Shown piece by piece: positions 49,012-61,084 of a stretch of 64,000 bases of DNA. A model generated the notes under the pieces. The model was not told the DNA's origin, did no database searches, and saw nothing but the letters and a program-made list of their open reading frames with translations. The stretch is from Amoebophrya sp. A120 (Eukaryota > Protista > Dinoflagellata): NCBI GenBank assembly GCA_905178155.1, contig CAJINV010000024.1, positions 75,519 to 139,518 of the forward strand. The letters are read 5' to 3'. The translations under genes and the position numbers were made by a program. The first letter of the stretch is position 1; each line of letters begins with the position of its first letter.

Positions 49012-51123
49012 TATCCAGTGCAAAAGTATCTTCTCTAACTTGTATTGCAAACATGCATTACATGCCAAAAAAGATGCCAATTTTGTTACGGTAAAAGCGC
49101 ACCTTTTTAGTCGTAATTAGCGTCATTTTAGTGCAAAACTGGCCTTGTTAAGTCAAAAAAGACGAAAACGACGAAAATGCGCACGATGGCTTCACCTAGT
49201 TAAGCCTAAAAATTGCACAAATGTGCAAAGTGCGAACATTAAAAGGAAAAGGCCGCGAAGTTATCAAAATAGGCACAAAAGTGCGCCGCTTTGCACATTC
49301 TCCAAAACTGCGCAAAATCGCAACAAGGCGCGCGCCGATGATTTTGCAGGGGTTCGCAGCGCGTTGGCGTTGTCGCACCCGTGACGCCAACCTCCGGCAG
49401 TTTGGTCGCACGTAGGACCAAAATTCGCCAAAAGAGCTCCCCTCAGCTCCAAAAAGCACAAAAACGCGGCAAAATGAACGAAATATGGCAAAAAGACGGC
49501 GAAAGAAACCAGCCCCAGGCACTTTGGCCGTTTTTAGGTCCAAAATGCACCAAACGAGCTCCCTTTGGCTCGGAAAGGCACAAAAACGCAACAAAATAGG
49601 GGCCAAAAGCAGCGAAAAGACAACAAAAAAGGACGGCAGAGACAAAACGAGGACAATGGCGCCACTCTTAGCGCAAAACTTTACCGACTGCGACGCCTCT
49701 CGTGCTTGGTAGGTCGAACATGGGCAAAATCTGCAAGCTGTAGCGCAAAAAGGGCAAAAGTGCCACGCAAATGCGGAAAAAAAGCAAAAACGCCAGCGAG
49801 CCAGTCCGCTGCGCTCAGGTATGCAGAAAAACGCCACGCGATCAGCGCCTAGGTAGAGCAAAAAACACCAAAACATCGCCCACACCAAGGAGCAGGCCGC
49901 TGGCGGGCAAGGCGAACCGGCCTCCGGGATTGCATTACATGCAGAATCACTAGGCACAAAAAAATACGCCACTGTGCACATTCTCCAAAACTGCGCAAAA
50001 TCGCAACAAGGCGCGCGCCGATGATTTTGGAGGGGTTCGCAGCGCGTTGGCGTTGTCGCACCCGTAGAGCCAACCTCCGGCAGTTTGATCGCACTCAGGA
50101 CCCAAATTCGCCAAAAGAGCTCCCGCACAAAAACGCGGCAAAATGAACGAAATACGGCAAAAAGACAGCGAAAGAAACCAGCCCCAGGCACTTTGGTCGT
50201 TTTTAGGTTCAAAATGCGCCGAACGAGCTCCCTTTGGCTCGAAAAGGCGCAAAAACGCAAAAAAATAGGGGCCAAAAGCAGCGAAAAGAAGAGAAAAAAG
50301 AGCGGCAGAGGCAATCAAAAAGAGGACAATGGCGCCATTCTTAGCGCAAAACTTTACCGACTGCGACGCCTCTCGTGCTTGGTAGGTCGAGCATGGGCAA
50401 TATCTGCAAGCTGTAGCGCAAAAAGGGCAAAAGTGCCACACAAATGCGGAAAAAGACAAAAAACGGCAGCGAGCCACTCCGCTGCGCTCAGGTATGCAGA
50501 AAAGCGCCACGCGATCAGCGCCTAGAACAAAAAACGCCAAAACACTGCCCACACCAAGGAGCAGGCCGATGGCTGGCAAGACGAACCGGCCTCCGGGGTT
50601 GCATTACATGCCAAACCAGCAAAAGGCCGCAGGGGCGCGCGGCTTTTTGCTGCTCTTTCAGGCTGCTTCGCGTATTAACTTGCATGGACGCCAAAAAAAG
50701 TTAAAGCCTTCGGAAAGAAAAAGCGCACCCTTTTGATGCTAATTAGGCCCGTTGTAGTGTAAAATAAACGAGCCGCGCTAAGTTAAAAAAGCAAAAACAT
50801 TACACGCAAGGGAAGACAACGCCGAAGGAGCGGGGCAAAGTTCGAAATTTTTCGCGAACGGGGGGAGGCGCAGCCCCCCGGCAGCGCAAGCTTGCGCGCG
50901 CTGCAAAAGTTCAAAAAAAGTTTCTCTTTTCATTCGTTCAAATATTCATCAGCTAAAATCTCGGGCGGTGCTCGATTCAGATCTCTTGGGGAGTACTCGT
51001 AGTGATTGCAGTTATGCATTACAAACGCAGGCATTAGTGTCCATCCGCATTACAGATTTAATTTGTAATGCTGAGCAAATTTGTAATGCAATTACTACTA
51101 GTAAGGTAATTTTGCAATGCGTA
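49012..51123. mobile_element. Introner B4 (family 2, ortholog of A4) expanded to 2.1 kb
   Basis: The A4 sequence AAAAGTATC|GTACTCGTAG is split by an insert at 49031-50992. Confidence 0.85.
49031..50992. mobile_element. ~1.96-kb A-rich non-coding insertion with two ~680-bp internal tandem units, nested in B4
   Basis: Absent from A4; units at ~49270-49950 and ~49950-50610; no TSD seen. Confidence 0.7.
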
Positions 51124-51260
51124 CTGGTTCTTCTTGGGCAATAGATTCCCCAGCCGGTCCTTGGCTTCCTTTTCCAAAAGGGGCTGCACGGTGAACATCG
51201 TCATCAGCTCCGGCTTCATGTGCACTCGCACGAGTGCTTGATTCAGTGATTCTTGCTGCG

Positions 51261-52242
51261 TATGCATTGCAAAAATGTCTGGGTCTGGAAATTTGTGATG
51301 CTAAAATGTGCAAGAGGAAGTCACTCCCTCATGCAGGAAAGCATGACAAGGTTGCAGCGCGCTTTCTCATACGAACTCCGCATGAGAAACTGCGTTTTTT
51401 TACCAAATATAGCCGCCGGGGCGGAGGTAGTGAGGTCGTGGGCGTTTTCTTGCCGGCCGTCGCCTTGGCCGCGGCTTTGCTTTTTCTTGGCTCGCCATAC
51501 CGCCGTGAGTAACGTTAGGCCGCACGGTATGGCGGCCGCTTGATAAACGTCGCAAATTTTGGCAAATTACCGACATTCCTTTCCGAAGGCCAGCCCCCAT
51601 GCTATGGGGCCGATCCAGGTGCCACGGGGGGCGCCCAAAAAGCGAAGAAAAATCGGGCCCATAGCATGCCGATTGGCTTCGCGCGTCTGGGGTGCTTTTT
51701 CTTTTTCGCGTTTTTATTTTTCACGCCAGCGCTTTCACAAAGCTTCCCAGGCTCTGAAACCGGCGAAAAGGCCGCCGCTTTCGCGGCCGCCCAAAATGCT
51801 CCGAAATCGCGGCCGTGCCATGCTGTTTCGCTGTTCTGATTTTGGGCGCGTTTTTTGCGCGCCCCTTTTTGGGCGCCCCAAATCGCCAGAAACTAAGGCG
51901 GTGGGCGCCTCAGAAGGGCGCCCCTTTTGCCGGCTCCCCTGCGTCGTTTTATCAAGTGCGAGTCGATAGTTTTCGACCGGGCTTGTTTGCCACAAACGCC
52001 CCGGCCGCTTGATAAGTGAAAACTTTTTATGCTCAAAAACACTTCCGGCCGCTTGAAAACTGCCGGTCGTTTTGCTGTCTGGCTGGCAAAAAAACTCCCT
52101 GATTAGAACCGTTCGGTGACCTCACTACATATGACAGAAGAGGCTACCACTGTTCTTGGTCATGCAATACAGATTTCACAGGAATGTAAGACCAGCATTA
52201 CAAGTGCCAACTTTCCAGACCCAGACATTTTTGCAATCCATA
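51261..52242. mobile_element. Introner B5 (family 1), B-specific, with a ~730-bp nested insertion (~51400-52128)
   Basis: TSD CTGCG; the internal GAAACTGCGTTTTT..ATGACA stretch is interrupted by unrelated GC-rich sequence. Confidence 0.85.
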
Positions 52243-52618
52243 CTGCGGCTCGCCCAGCGCCGGCAGTGGGCCCGGAAGCTGGTGGGCCGGCATGTTCAAA
52301 GCCTCATCCAGTGTCGCGGTTCTTTTACCCCCCAGAGGGAATTTCTTGCCCGGTGGGTCCTCCGTTGCCACCGACTTCAGCCGGTTGTTTTCGATCTTCA
52401 GCTGCGTCACCGCGTCTTTCGGCTTGGAGACAATTTTCACGTTCGGGGGCAACGACCGGGGGTTCACGCTGGTCACCGGGAAATTTTCTTCGACCCACTG
52501 CGTTTGTCGCGTCACCGCCTCGCGGATGTCGCGCTCATTTGTCTCCGCTTCACCGTGCTGCTTTTCGAGATAGTCGCGCAGCGTCTTCTCGTAGACGAAC
52601 TGCAGTTCGCCACTGAAC

Positions 52619-52833
52619 TATGCAAGAAAAAAACTGTCACTGTGTAAGTGTAAGTCTGTGACGCAGGAAATGCTAAACTGTTACACTTGTCATGCTAGAG
52701 GTGCGTCATAGGCCACTTTCATAGGTGTTTCCACGTACTCGCTGCGCATGACAGGTTTTACCTGTAATGCAAAGCGAATTTGTGATGCTGATCTTCCTAC
52801 AAAGTTACACTTACACAGTTTTTTTCCTGGATA
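52619..52833. mobile_element. Introner B6 (family 3), B-specific
   Basis: TSD TGAAC; empty site in A at ~4694. Confidence 0.92.
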
Positions 52834-52872
52834 TGAACCCGGACGCGAGGGAGATCAGGTCTCTCGCCAAGT

Positions 52873-53034
52873 TATGCATTGCAAAAGTGTATCGTACTAG
52901 TAGGAATCGCATGACAAATTCACTTAGCATCGGAAAAAAATGGAGTTATTTGTCATGCTGTTTTACCTTGGAATGGATATTTGTAATGCATGACTGCGAT
53001 TTTTACTTGGACTGCGATACTTTTGCACAGGATA
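52873..53034. mobile_element. Introner B7 (family 2), B-specific
   Basis: TSD CAAGT; empty site in A at ~4728. Confidence 0.92.
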
Positions 53035-53237
53035 CAAGTGGGGCCGCTCGGTCTTGTCGGCGCGAACGAACTTGATTTGCATCTCCAAGACGGAGAAAAA
53101 CGTGCTGTAACTGCCAGAGATCTATGCATTGCAAAAATGTCTGGGCCTGGAAGGATGCAACTTGTATATGCTAATTCTGGATCGTGCAAAAATCTGTGTT
53201 GCACAAATGCCAAAAGTTGTCCACTTTTGACCAAGTT

Positions 53238-56200
53238 AGTAGTAGTAGCACCATTTAATTAACTCCTGACGGGTCGGCGTTAGAACAGATTTGACCTCTG
53301 CCAATACCTGGGCGCTAGAACAGATTTAGTCTCTGCCGATACCCCTAGGTGGATACGCGATCCACTTCCTAGCTACCACCCGTCTGCACCCGCAAAACCG
53401 CTATCGATTGCTTACGCGTAGCTACAACCAGTAGGCGGGCGCTATGTGTGGCTGACCTGCCTCACCATCCAAGCCCGCGAGCAGGGTGGAGCTCCAGCAT
53501 TGCCCATACAAGCTTGCGCATGCAACGTCTTACTTTTGTGGCCGGTTGCGCGCTAAAAAATACACTGGGGGTCTAATGATCACACACGGCGATCCTATCG
53601 CGATGGCAGACGACCCCCCGGCGTGTCCCTTTCAGGCACTTTTTGCCGACCTGTTTCCCGCGCCCTTTTCTATGCGTTTCCGGAGAATCGGCCCGCGGAG
53701 CTCCGCATTTGCAGAGCCGCCACCGGGCCCGCCCCGGGGGACCCCTTGGGGAAGGGGGGCGCTGCTTTCGCGCAGTCTTTAAACTAGCAACCCTGCCGCC
53801 ACTTCTTTAATCGCGGAGAGCCAGCCCCGGCGGGCGACTGCCTAAATTCCCGCTATTTTTTGAACCGCCCAAGCCCTAGCCTGGGCGAGCAAGCCCGCCC
53901 TGGGCAATAGGCCGAGGCGGGCAACCCTTGCCGGGGACACAGGCGGGGCGCGGGCGCCTTGCAGAACGCAGACGCCTGAGCCCATCGCCGAAGACCCGCC
54001 AGAAAGGCGCAGTGGCGAAGCAATTGCGCCGCCAACCCTTTCAACCGTTCTTGACCACGTCCCGAAATTTTCTAAGTTTGCGCCTAAATTTCAGAGCAAC
54101 GGCCGACATAGGCAAAATCGCACGCAAATTGCCCAACTGGGCAAATTAGACAAAAAATAGACAGCAGCCGAAGCGGCCAAGGCCGCTGCTTAGACAGAAA
54201 CTAGAGGCGGCAAAGGCCGCGAATATAGACAGGAAAATAGACAAAAAACTAGACAGGAAAATAGACAAGAAATTAGACAAAAACTTAGACAAGAACTTAG
54301 ACAGGAAATTAGACAAGAAATTAGACAAGAAATTAGACAAGAAATTAGCGCCCACACAAGAGCGCCGACGGTAGGAAAATTAGCGCGAAAATAAAGAGCC
54401 TGGCGCCGGGGGCGGCTCTGTGCGACTTTAATCCATTCCCTTTGTTTCTTTTCCTCTCCTTTTTCTTTTTGTGCAGTTAGCAGCGCCTTGCTACATGGAG
54501 TCAGCTGGCGGGGACGGGATGAAAAGCAGCGCCGTGCCCCGGGGGCTGGCGAGAGCGATATGATTAGCATCGTCGCACCCCGTAGCAGGGCTGGCGGGGA
54601 CCTGTCGAGACGGGGTCCGCGCGCTGCCATCTTGAAAAGGGCATTTGTCATGCGGAGTAGGCATCAGGAAGCCGTCCAAAAATCTGTGACGCTAGGTCGT
54701 GCATTGCAGACATCTCGGGCCAACAAGCCCCGCCGTCGTGGTACTTGCGCCAGGCCCGCCGCCGCGCCGGCTTTCCCAGTCCGACACGCTTCCAGCTGGT
54801 TCCCGCGGACGACAGCACCGCACCCGCGCCCTGCTTCCAGTAGCCCCGCACGAACTTCGTAACGCCCTCGGACTTTGCGGCCGCGGCCGCCCGGCGCAGC
54901 GCCGGCGCAAGGCGGTCCGCCAGTCGCTCGGCGAAAAGTAGGCGCCGCGCCGCAATGGGCTCCCACCGTCCGACTCCAGCAAGCCGCTACCACCGTAATC
55001 GACCACGATCGCCCTGAACGTCAGCCACCCGCGAAGGCTCTCGGCCACGCTTTTCGAAGCTGCCCCGCCATGCTGCTGCTGGTCCTCCGGGTGTCCGATA
55101 AGAAGCGCGCCTGCGATGCAGCTCGCTGCGATGCAGCTCGCTGCCCGCGTCACCCGCACCACGCAAATCGTCGAACCACTTGACTGCCATCGTCCGCACC
55201 AACATGCGAAGCGTCGCCGCGTCCGTTTTCCGGGAGACCGGGCTGCGTGTGCTCGAACAAGTGGAGGCCGACGAAACCGGACACATAGAGCAGCGCCGTT
55301 TGTCCCAAGCGTTTTCCGAACTTCCCAGGCGCTTCCGCACCTCTCCAGCGAGGTCGTGCCGCCGGGTGCTTTCCGGGTTCACCAGGTCGCGCGACATGGT
55401 GCGAGCCCGCCGCAAGTCCTCCTCTGTCCTCGAAGTCCTCCTGGTCCTCCGCGCCGGTTCTTTTCCCGCCCCCGCCGGTGGCAAACTGCACGCCATCGAG
55501 AAGTCCCGCCGTCTTCTTCTCCGAGGCCGCTTCTGACTGCGGAAGTTGCGTCTGCTGCCGGAGTAGCTGGGCACCGCGAGGGCTGACAGGGTCCCCAACC
55601 TGCCACAGGACCAAGCAGACGAAATGCGCAACGGTCTCGCTGTTAGGGTTGACATCGCCCCGGCCGATCATCCCACAGAACGGCGCCAGCGAGCTGGTGC
55701 GTCGAACCGGCGCGAACCCTGCCGAGCTGCTCCAGCGCCCTCTCCTGCGTCCGTGCCACTACTGGAGGCAATTCGCGCAGCGCAGGCCTGGTTCTCATTG
55801 TGGTCGACACCTGCGAACCCCAGCAAGCTCTTGCAACTCTCCTCGCTGATGGGCCACGTACTGCAGCAGCGACGCAGCTGGACCCAGGCCCCAGCTGGCG
55901 CGGGGCTTCCACTTTCGCCGGCCGGCGCGCGCGTGTCCCGCGCCCATCTTCCTCGCGAATGTTTCGCCCGCCGCGGCCCCCCGAATCTTCGGAGGCAGGT
56001 AGAGGAGGCCGAGGCCCACGCGGTTCTCCCGTATGATCTGGCCGGCCTTCAGCTTCTCCCACTGCACTGCTTTGGCCCCTGTAGCCTTGCCGTTGAGCGT
56101 CCCGAGCCGGCAAAACAGCGGGGCCCGGCCGGTCGTAGCGTCCCACTTGTGGCCCGCATCTTCAAGAGCCTGGCGGAGGGGCTCGAAGTCGTCCCATGCC

Positions 56201-57821
56201 TGCGCCCTGCCGAAGGTGTGCGCTGCAACATTTGCGGCCAGACAGTTCCACCGGGATCGGCTTCCCGGCGGACTCAATCCGCCGGGAAGCCGATCCCGGT
56301 GGAACTGTCTACACTGTCTGCAGTCTTCTACAGAGTCTGCTGTCTTCATCTACACTGTCTGACTACACTGTCTACGGGAGTCTTCGCCTGCAGTCTGCTA
56401 CAGTCCGACTGTAGCAGACTGCAGGCGAAGACTGCGAACGCCTCCCGGTGCTGCGCCAAAGCCGCGCCCTTTGCCAACTCAAATACTACGGCTCGCTGGC
56501 TGTCGGGATTCTCGGGTAGGGTCTTGGTGTAGTACGGAGTGAAGGCCAACGCATTACGCGCCTCGGTGGTAGTGGAGCCGGTGGCCGCCTTCGCGGGTGA
56601 GCTGCTAGCGCCAGCAGCCGCTCCGGGGGCCCCCGCGCTTTTTCCTGCTTGCATAGCTTTGCCTATCGCCTTGCCACGTGCGTCGACTTCCTTCCCGGCT
56701 TCGCTCGTCTTCTTCTGCGAGTCCTTGCGTGCCTTCTGCAGCTTCTTGCGCAAGGCCTCCGCTTTTGGGTCGGACTTGGCCAGGGCGAGCATTGCAGCCG
56801 CCCCGGACTCCGGGCCGCCGCCGTTGCTGCCCAAGCGTCGCTTGTCAAGATATGCCCCGAGGGAATGCAGGCGCTTCTTCTGGTCCGAGAGCGGGAGGCA
56901 TAGGCCCCCGAGAAAGGCCGCCACATCGAACTCCAGGGGGAACACTCTCAGAGTCGGGCGAAGTTCGCCCGCGCGCCGGTCCAAAATCAGGCAGCAGGTG
57001 GGGCCGCAGAAGATGGCCGCGCTTAGCTCGAGTGGCTCGCTCTTCTGTGTGGAGTCACCAGCGCCGCCGGCTGGATCGCCACCGCCTGCGCCGCACAGGT
57101 CTCGGCCCAACTGTGTAGAGCGCTGCAGGCAGCAGCTCAGTCAGTGGCCCACGAAGCAGCCGCCACCCGTCCTCGTTCACGGCTGTGAAACCGTCGGGCG
57201 CCTTAGCAGCTGCCCGCCCGGAGTCGAGATAACCCCACGGGGCCGCGATGTTTTCCTGCACATCCAGCAGCGTTTCGGCAAAACCTTCGCGCCCTTGCTG
57301 CATCCGGGTGCGGATGCCTTGGGTCCCGAGAAGCCGACAAATGCCCAGGGGGTTGCGGAGGTTCGTCACGACGCGCGCGACGTCGTCGCCTACTTTCGGG
57401 GGCTTGGATGCTTTCCCGCCTACCTTCGCCGGCGGCGCGGAAGGATCAACGGGCAGCAATCGCCGCCGCGCGAAGTCGGGCTGCGGTTCCGGAGCAGTGA
57501 GCACATCTGAAGACGCGCTCTCCGATGGCTTTGCAGTGGCTTCTAGCTGCGTCTTTCGCGATTCAATGCTGGAGATCGAAAGCGACCACTTCTCATCCAC
57601 ATCCCCTCGCGTTAGGGACGCGGCGCAATCCGGCTGTCGAGGGTCCAGGGAGCTCTCGACCGTTCTGACCAAGTCGGTGGCCGCGTCGACGCCCTCGTTT
57701 GTCGCTACGCGCTCTGGGTCAAGCGACGCGCTGGCGCCTGCGTGTCTTTTCTGCAATTTCAACAGTCGCCGCGCCAGCTTTCGACTGCCCTCAATAAACG
57801 CTGATAGCCTGGCCACCTTCG
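53238..57821 (-). mobile_element. Copy B of the degenerate non-LTR retrotransposon
   Basis: TSD CCAAGTT (53231-53237, 57822-57828); AGTAGTAGTAG tail; colinear with 4928-8829, with independent indels. Confidence 0.6.
53811..54425. mobile_element. MITE nested in the B retrotransposon, containing a 12-bp minisatellite
   Basis: Imperfect ~22-bp TIR TCGCGGAGAGCCAGCCCCGGCG / rc TCGCACAGAGCCGCCCCCGGCG; TSD CTTTAA; AGACAAGAAATT x~10 at ~54226-54348; absent in A at ~5520. Confidence 0.85.
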
Positions 57822-58108
57822 CCAAGTTGGGAGGAGGCTTCTCATGCAGGATAGGCATGATAGGGGTCTCACAGAATCTGTCATGCAAGGTCCTGCATAT
57901 CAGACGGCATGGATCATGGAAAATCTGCATGACAAATCTCGCAATTTCCCAGACTCAGACATTTTTGCATTTGATAAGATCGAGGAGGTCGACAGCCTGT
58001 CGATCTTGTTTTCGTTCAGAATTTTCGACCACATCGTCAAAAGCTTGCAGTTATCCACGAGCAAAATCTCCAGCAAAACTGTTCGCCTCGAGGCTCGTGT
58101 CTTGATGG

Positions 58109-58322
58109 TATGCAAGAAAAAAACTGCGTAAGTAAGTGTAAGTTTGTAATGCAGAACATGCAACAGAGTAACGCCTGTCATGCCAGACAGCCACGAAGTC
58201 CGCTGCTCGTGTGCGTTCTCCCTTACGAGCCACGCATGACAGGTTTTCTCTGTCATGTAGAGCAAATTTGTGATGCTGTCAGCCAAAGAGAGTTACACTA
58301 ACACAGTTTTTTTTCTTGGATA
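58109..58322. mobile_element. Introner B9 (family 3), B-specific
   Basis: TSD GATGG/GATGC; empty site in A at ~11327. Confidence 0.88.
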
Positions 58323-58528
58323 GATGCGTTGTGGTGCCTACAACTTCCTTGGTGGAATTCTTTAAATCTCTTTCAGCATCATCTTCTTTCTTGCAGTACA
58401 GCCGTCTCACATTTTTCTCGTAGATCCCGGCCACCTCCTCGAGCATGCAGTCCTGGATGCGCTTCGCCCCTTTCGCCAAGGTCTCCAGCTGCTTCTCCTG
58501 CTTTTCCAAAACGTACGCGAACCGCAGA

Positions 58529-58735
58529 TATCAAATGCAAACATGTCTGGGGCTGAATAGCGAATTTGTGTTGCTGAGTCTTGCGTGACAAACTGCGAGT
58601 CCTGGTGCGTTTTGCATGACAAACTACCTTTCAGCACGACAAAATAGCTAGCCAATCCTCCTCATGCATCACAGATCTTTTTGTCCTGCAAATTTCGCAT
58701 CACAAATCCAGACTCAGACATATTTGCAATGCATA
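58529..58735. mobile_element. Introner B10 (family 1-like ends, 207 bp), B-specific
   Basis: TSD GCAGA; empty site in A at ~11534. Confidence 0.9.
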
Positions 58736-58806
58736 GCAGAAACCGATTGCGGAAATACCGGTTGTCTTCCAGCCGGACGTCCACGAAATAGTTTTCCAGC
58801 GAGTAC

Positions 58807-59059
58807 TATCAACTGCAAAAGTGTCTGGGTCTGGAAACTTGTAATGCTGCGTTGGGAATAGTGACTGCTCTGTAATGCACAGGCAAGCATGAGAAATGTC
58901 TGCGCTTCTTTGTGTTGCGTTTTTCGCATGACAAACTGCGTTTTTGCATGACAGGCAAAAGGGTCTCCTCTTGGACACGCATAACAAGCTTTTTCGTCAT
59001 GCCAGACAAGCATGACAAATCTCGCAATCTTCCAGACCCAGACATATTTGCAATCCGTA
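58807..59059. mobile_element. Introner B11 (family 1) at the same site as A14
   Basis: TATCAACTGCAAAAGTGTCTGGGTCTGG..., TSD AGTAC. Confidence 0.92.
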
Positions 59060-59320
59060 AGTACTCAAAGTCGTCCATAATTTCCGCCAGCTGCCCCGCG
59101 TCCTGCTTGCACTTTTCCGCAACCACCGCTGCGGGCGAGGCCGGGTGCAGTTTGTGCAGTGTCCACTTCCCGCTCAGCCGCTTCGCGTTCTCGAGGACCA
59201 AACTGTTGATGCGGTTCAGCTGGTCTACCATGTTGCTGATCACCGACTGCCCCGGCGCAGTGCCGATCGGGAGGCCGGGACCCGGCCGTTTGAATGGCTG
59301 GCTGAAGTACGTCGGCTGCG

Positions 59321-59644
59321 TATCAAAATGAAAACTCTCCCCCATATCAAAGCGGATATCTGTGATGCGGGATTTGTGTACTTATACACAAATCACATTT
59401 GTCTTGCAGGAAAGCACTGCACGCAGACCGCAAGCCTAAGGGGGGACCTTTTGGTGTCGGGGCCCAGCATGGCAGACGTCTGCCCAGTAGGTCTTGCAGC
59501 ATTACAAACCGCCTGCATATCGCGGCGGACTCTGTGGGTTTGCCCTCTGGCAAGACAGACAGGATTTGTGGTCACAAATCTGCATCAAAAATTTTCGGAA
59601 GGACATGTTTTCAATATGGGGAGGAAGTATTTTTCCTTGCAATA
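59321..59644. mobile_element. Introner B12 (family 4), B-specific
   Basis: TSD CTGCG; empty site in A at ~12808. Confidence 0.92.
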
Positions 59645-59731
59645 CTGCGCGAACTCGCGTTCGTGATAGGGCCGTCGGGGCTTGGCGGTGCTGCTGCTGC
59701 TCGTCTTTGGCGAAGGAACAACGGGAGGTGC

Positions 59732-59940
59732 TATGCAAGAAAAAAACTGCGTGAGTGTAACTCTGTAATGCAGAATATGCAACAGAATTGCGCCTGTCAT
59801 GCCACACAGCCACTAAGTCCTTTTTTTCTGTGTGTTTTCCCTCACAAGCCACGCATGACAGGTTTTCACTGTCATGTAGAGCAAATTTGTGATGCTGTCA
59901 GCCAAAGAAAGTTACACTTACACAGTTTTTTTCTTTCATA
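59732..59940. mobile_element. Introner B13 (family 3), B-specific
   Basis: TSD GGTGC; empty site in A at ~13224. Confidence 0.93.
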
Positions 59941-60153
59941 GGTGCTGCGCCAGTTGTACCAGTGTTGCCCACAGCTCCTTCCTTCACTGCTGCTGCCGCC
60001 GCCGCGCGGGATTTCTCCCCCGCGGCTATCATCGCCCGCAGATCCGGGGAACCGAGGTCCTCCGTCAACACCGTCATCTTTTTTCTTTTTCCGTGAATCA
60101 CGGGCGTTGCGTCTCCGTCTTCATTTTCCTCCGGCCAGTGCTCGGTTGGTGGC

Positions 60154-60366
60154 TATGCAAGAAAAAAACTGTCTAAGTGTAACTCTGCAATGCAGAACAT
60201 GCAACAGAGTTACACTTGTCATGCCAGACAGCCGTGAATTCCTCTTTTCATGTGTGTTTTTCCTTACAAGCCACACATGACAGGTTTTCTCTGTCATGTG
60301 GAGCAAATTTGTAATGCTGTCAAGAACCAAAGAAAGTTACACTAACACAGTTTTTTTTCTTGGATA
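60154..60366. mobile_element. Introner B14 (family 3), B-specific
   Basis: TSD GTGGC; empty site in A at ~13992. Confidence 0.93.
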
Positions 60367-60467
60367 GTGGCGTGAGGAAAAGTAGTCTTGTGACAAGGGA
60401 CCGCAGCTTGCCCTCGTCATCCAGGTCCGCGAAGTACTGAATGTCATCGTCCACGTGCGTTTCCACG

Positions 60468-60632
60468 TATGCAATGCAAAAGCATCGTACAACTCGTAGT
60501 GATCGCAGTTATGCATTACAAATCTCCATCAAAAGGTAAAACAGCATGACACATCCTATTTCTCATGCTGAGCAAATTTGTAATGCAATTCATACTAGAT
60601 GAACTAGTGCGATCATGCTTTTGCAATGCATA
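60468..60632. mobile_element. Introner B15 (family 2), ortholog of A22
   Basis: TSD CCACG. Confidence 0.92.
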
Positions 60633-61084
60633 CCACGGGCCTCCCGCGCTCCTCGGGGCTCGGACCTTCCGGCATCGTCATCTCGTGGTACACGGCCCGC
60701 GGCCACTCCTGAATGTCACCGTTCAAGCATTTGTCGCAGAAGTCGTCGTCGTACGCACAGCTTTGCACCTCCTCAAACATTTCGTTCTCGGCGACCAGGC
60801 CCATTTCTTCCACTGGGTCAGCATGTGCATCATCTACCACGTGCATGACTGCCTCCCCATTGTCACCACCAGACTTCGCACCATCCTTGTTCATCGTAGT
60901 GCTGCCACTAGGGTAACCACTGCCACCTCCACCCAGTACTAACGCCCGGATTTGCTTGATCGCAGAGCAGTAGTCGTACAGCTTCCTATCTGCCACTTCG
61001 TTGTTCACCATGGCCAGCCGTTGCATCTCCCGCATGAGAAGCTCCCGTTGCTCCACCCGGCGGCAGCGGCCGTTCAGGAGCAGT

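Larger units (their letters stand above)
53123..57976. mobile_element. Introner B8 (ortholog of A10) with nested retrotransposon
   Basis: TSD AGATC; family 1 ends. Confidence 0.9.

Noticed and set aside
49196-50579. Hydrophobic Phe/Cys-rich 372-aa and 209-aa membrane-protein-like ORFs
   Set aside because: Products of the T-rich strand of a tandemly repeated insertion inside an intron.
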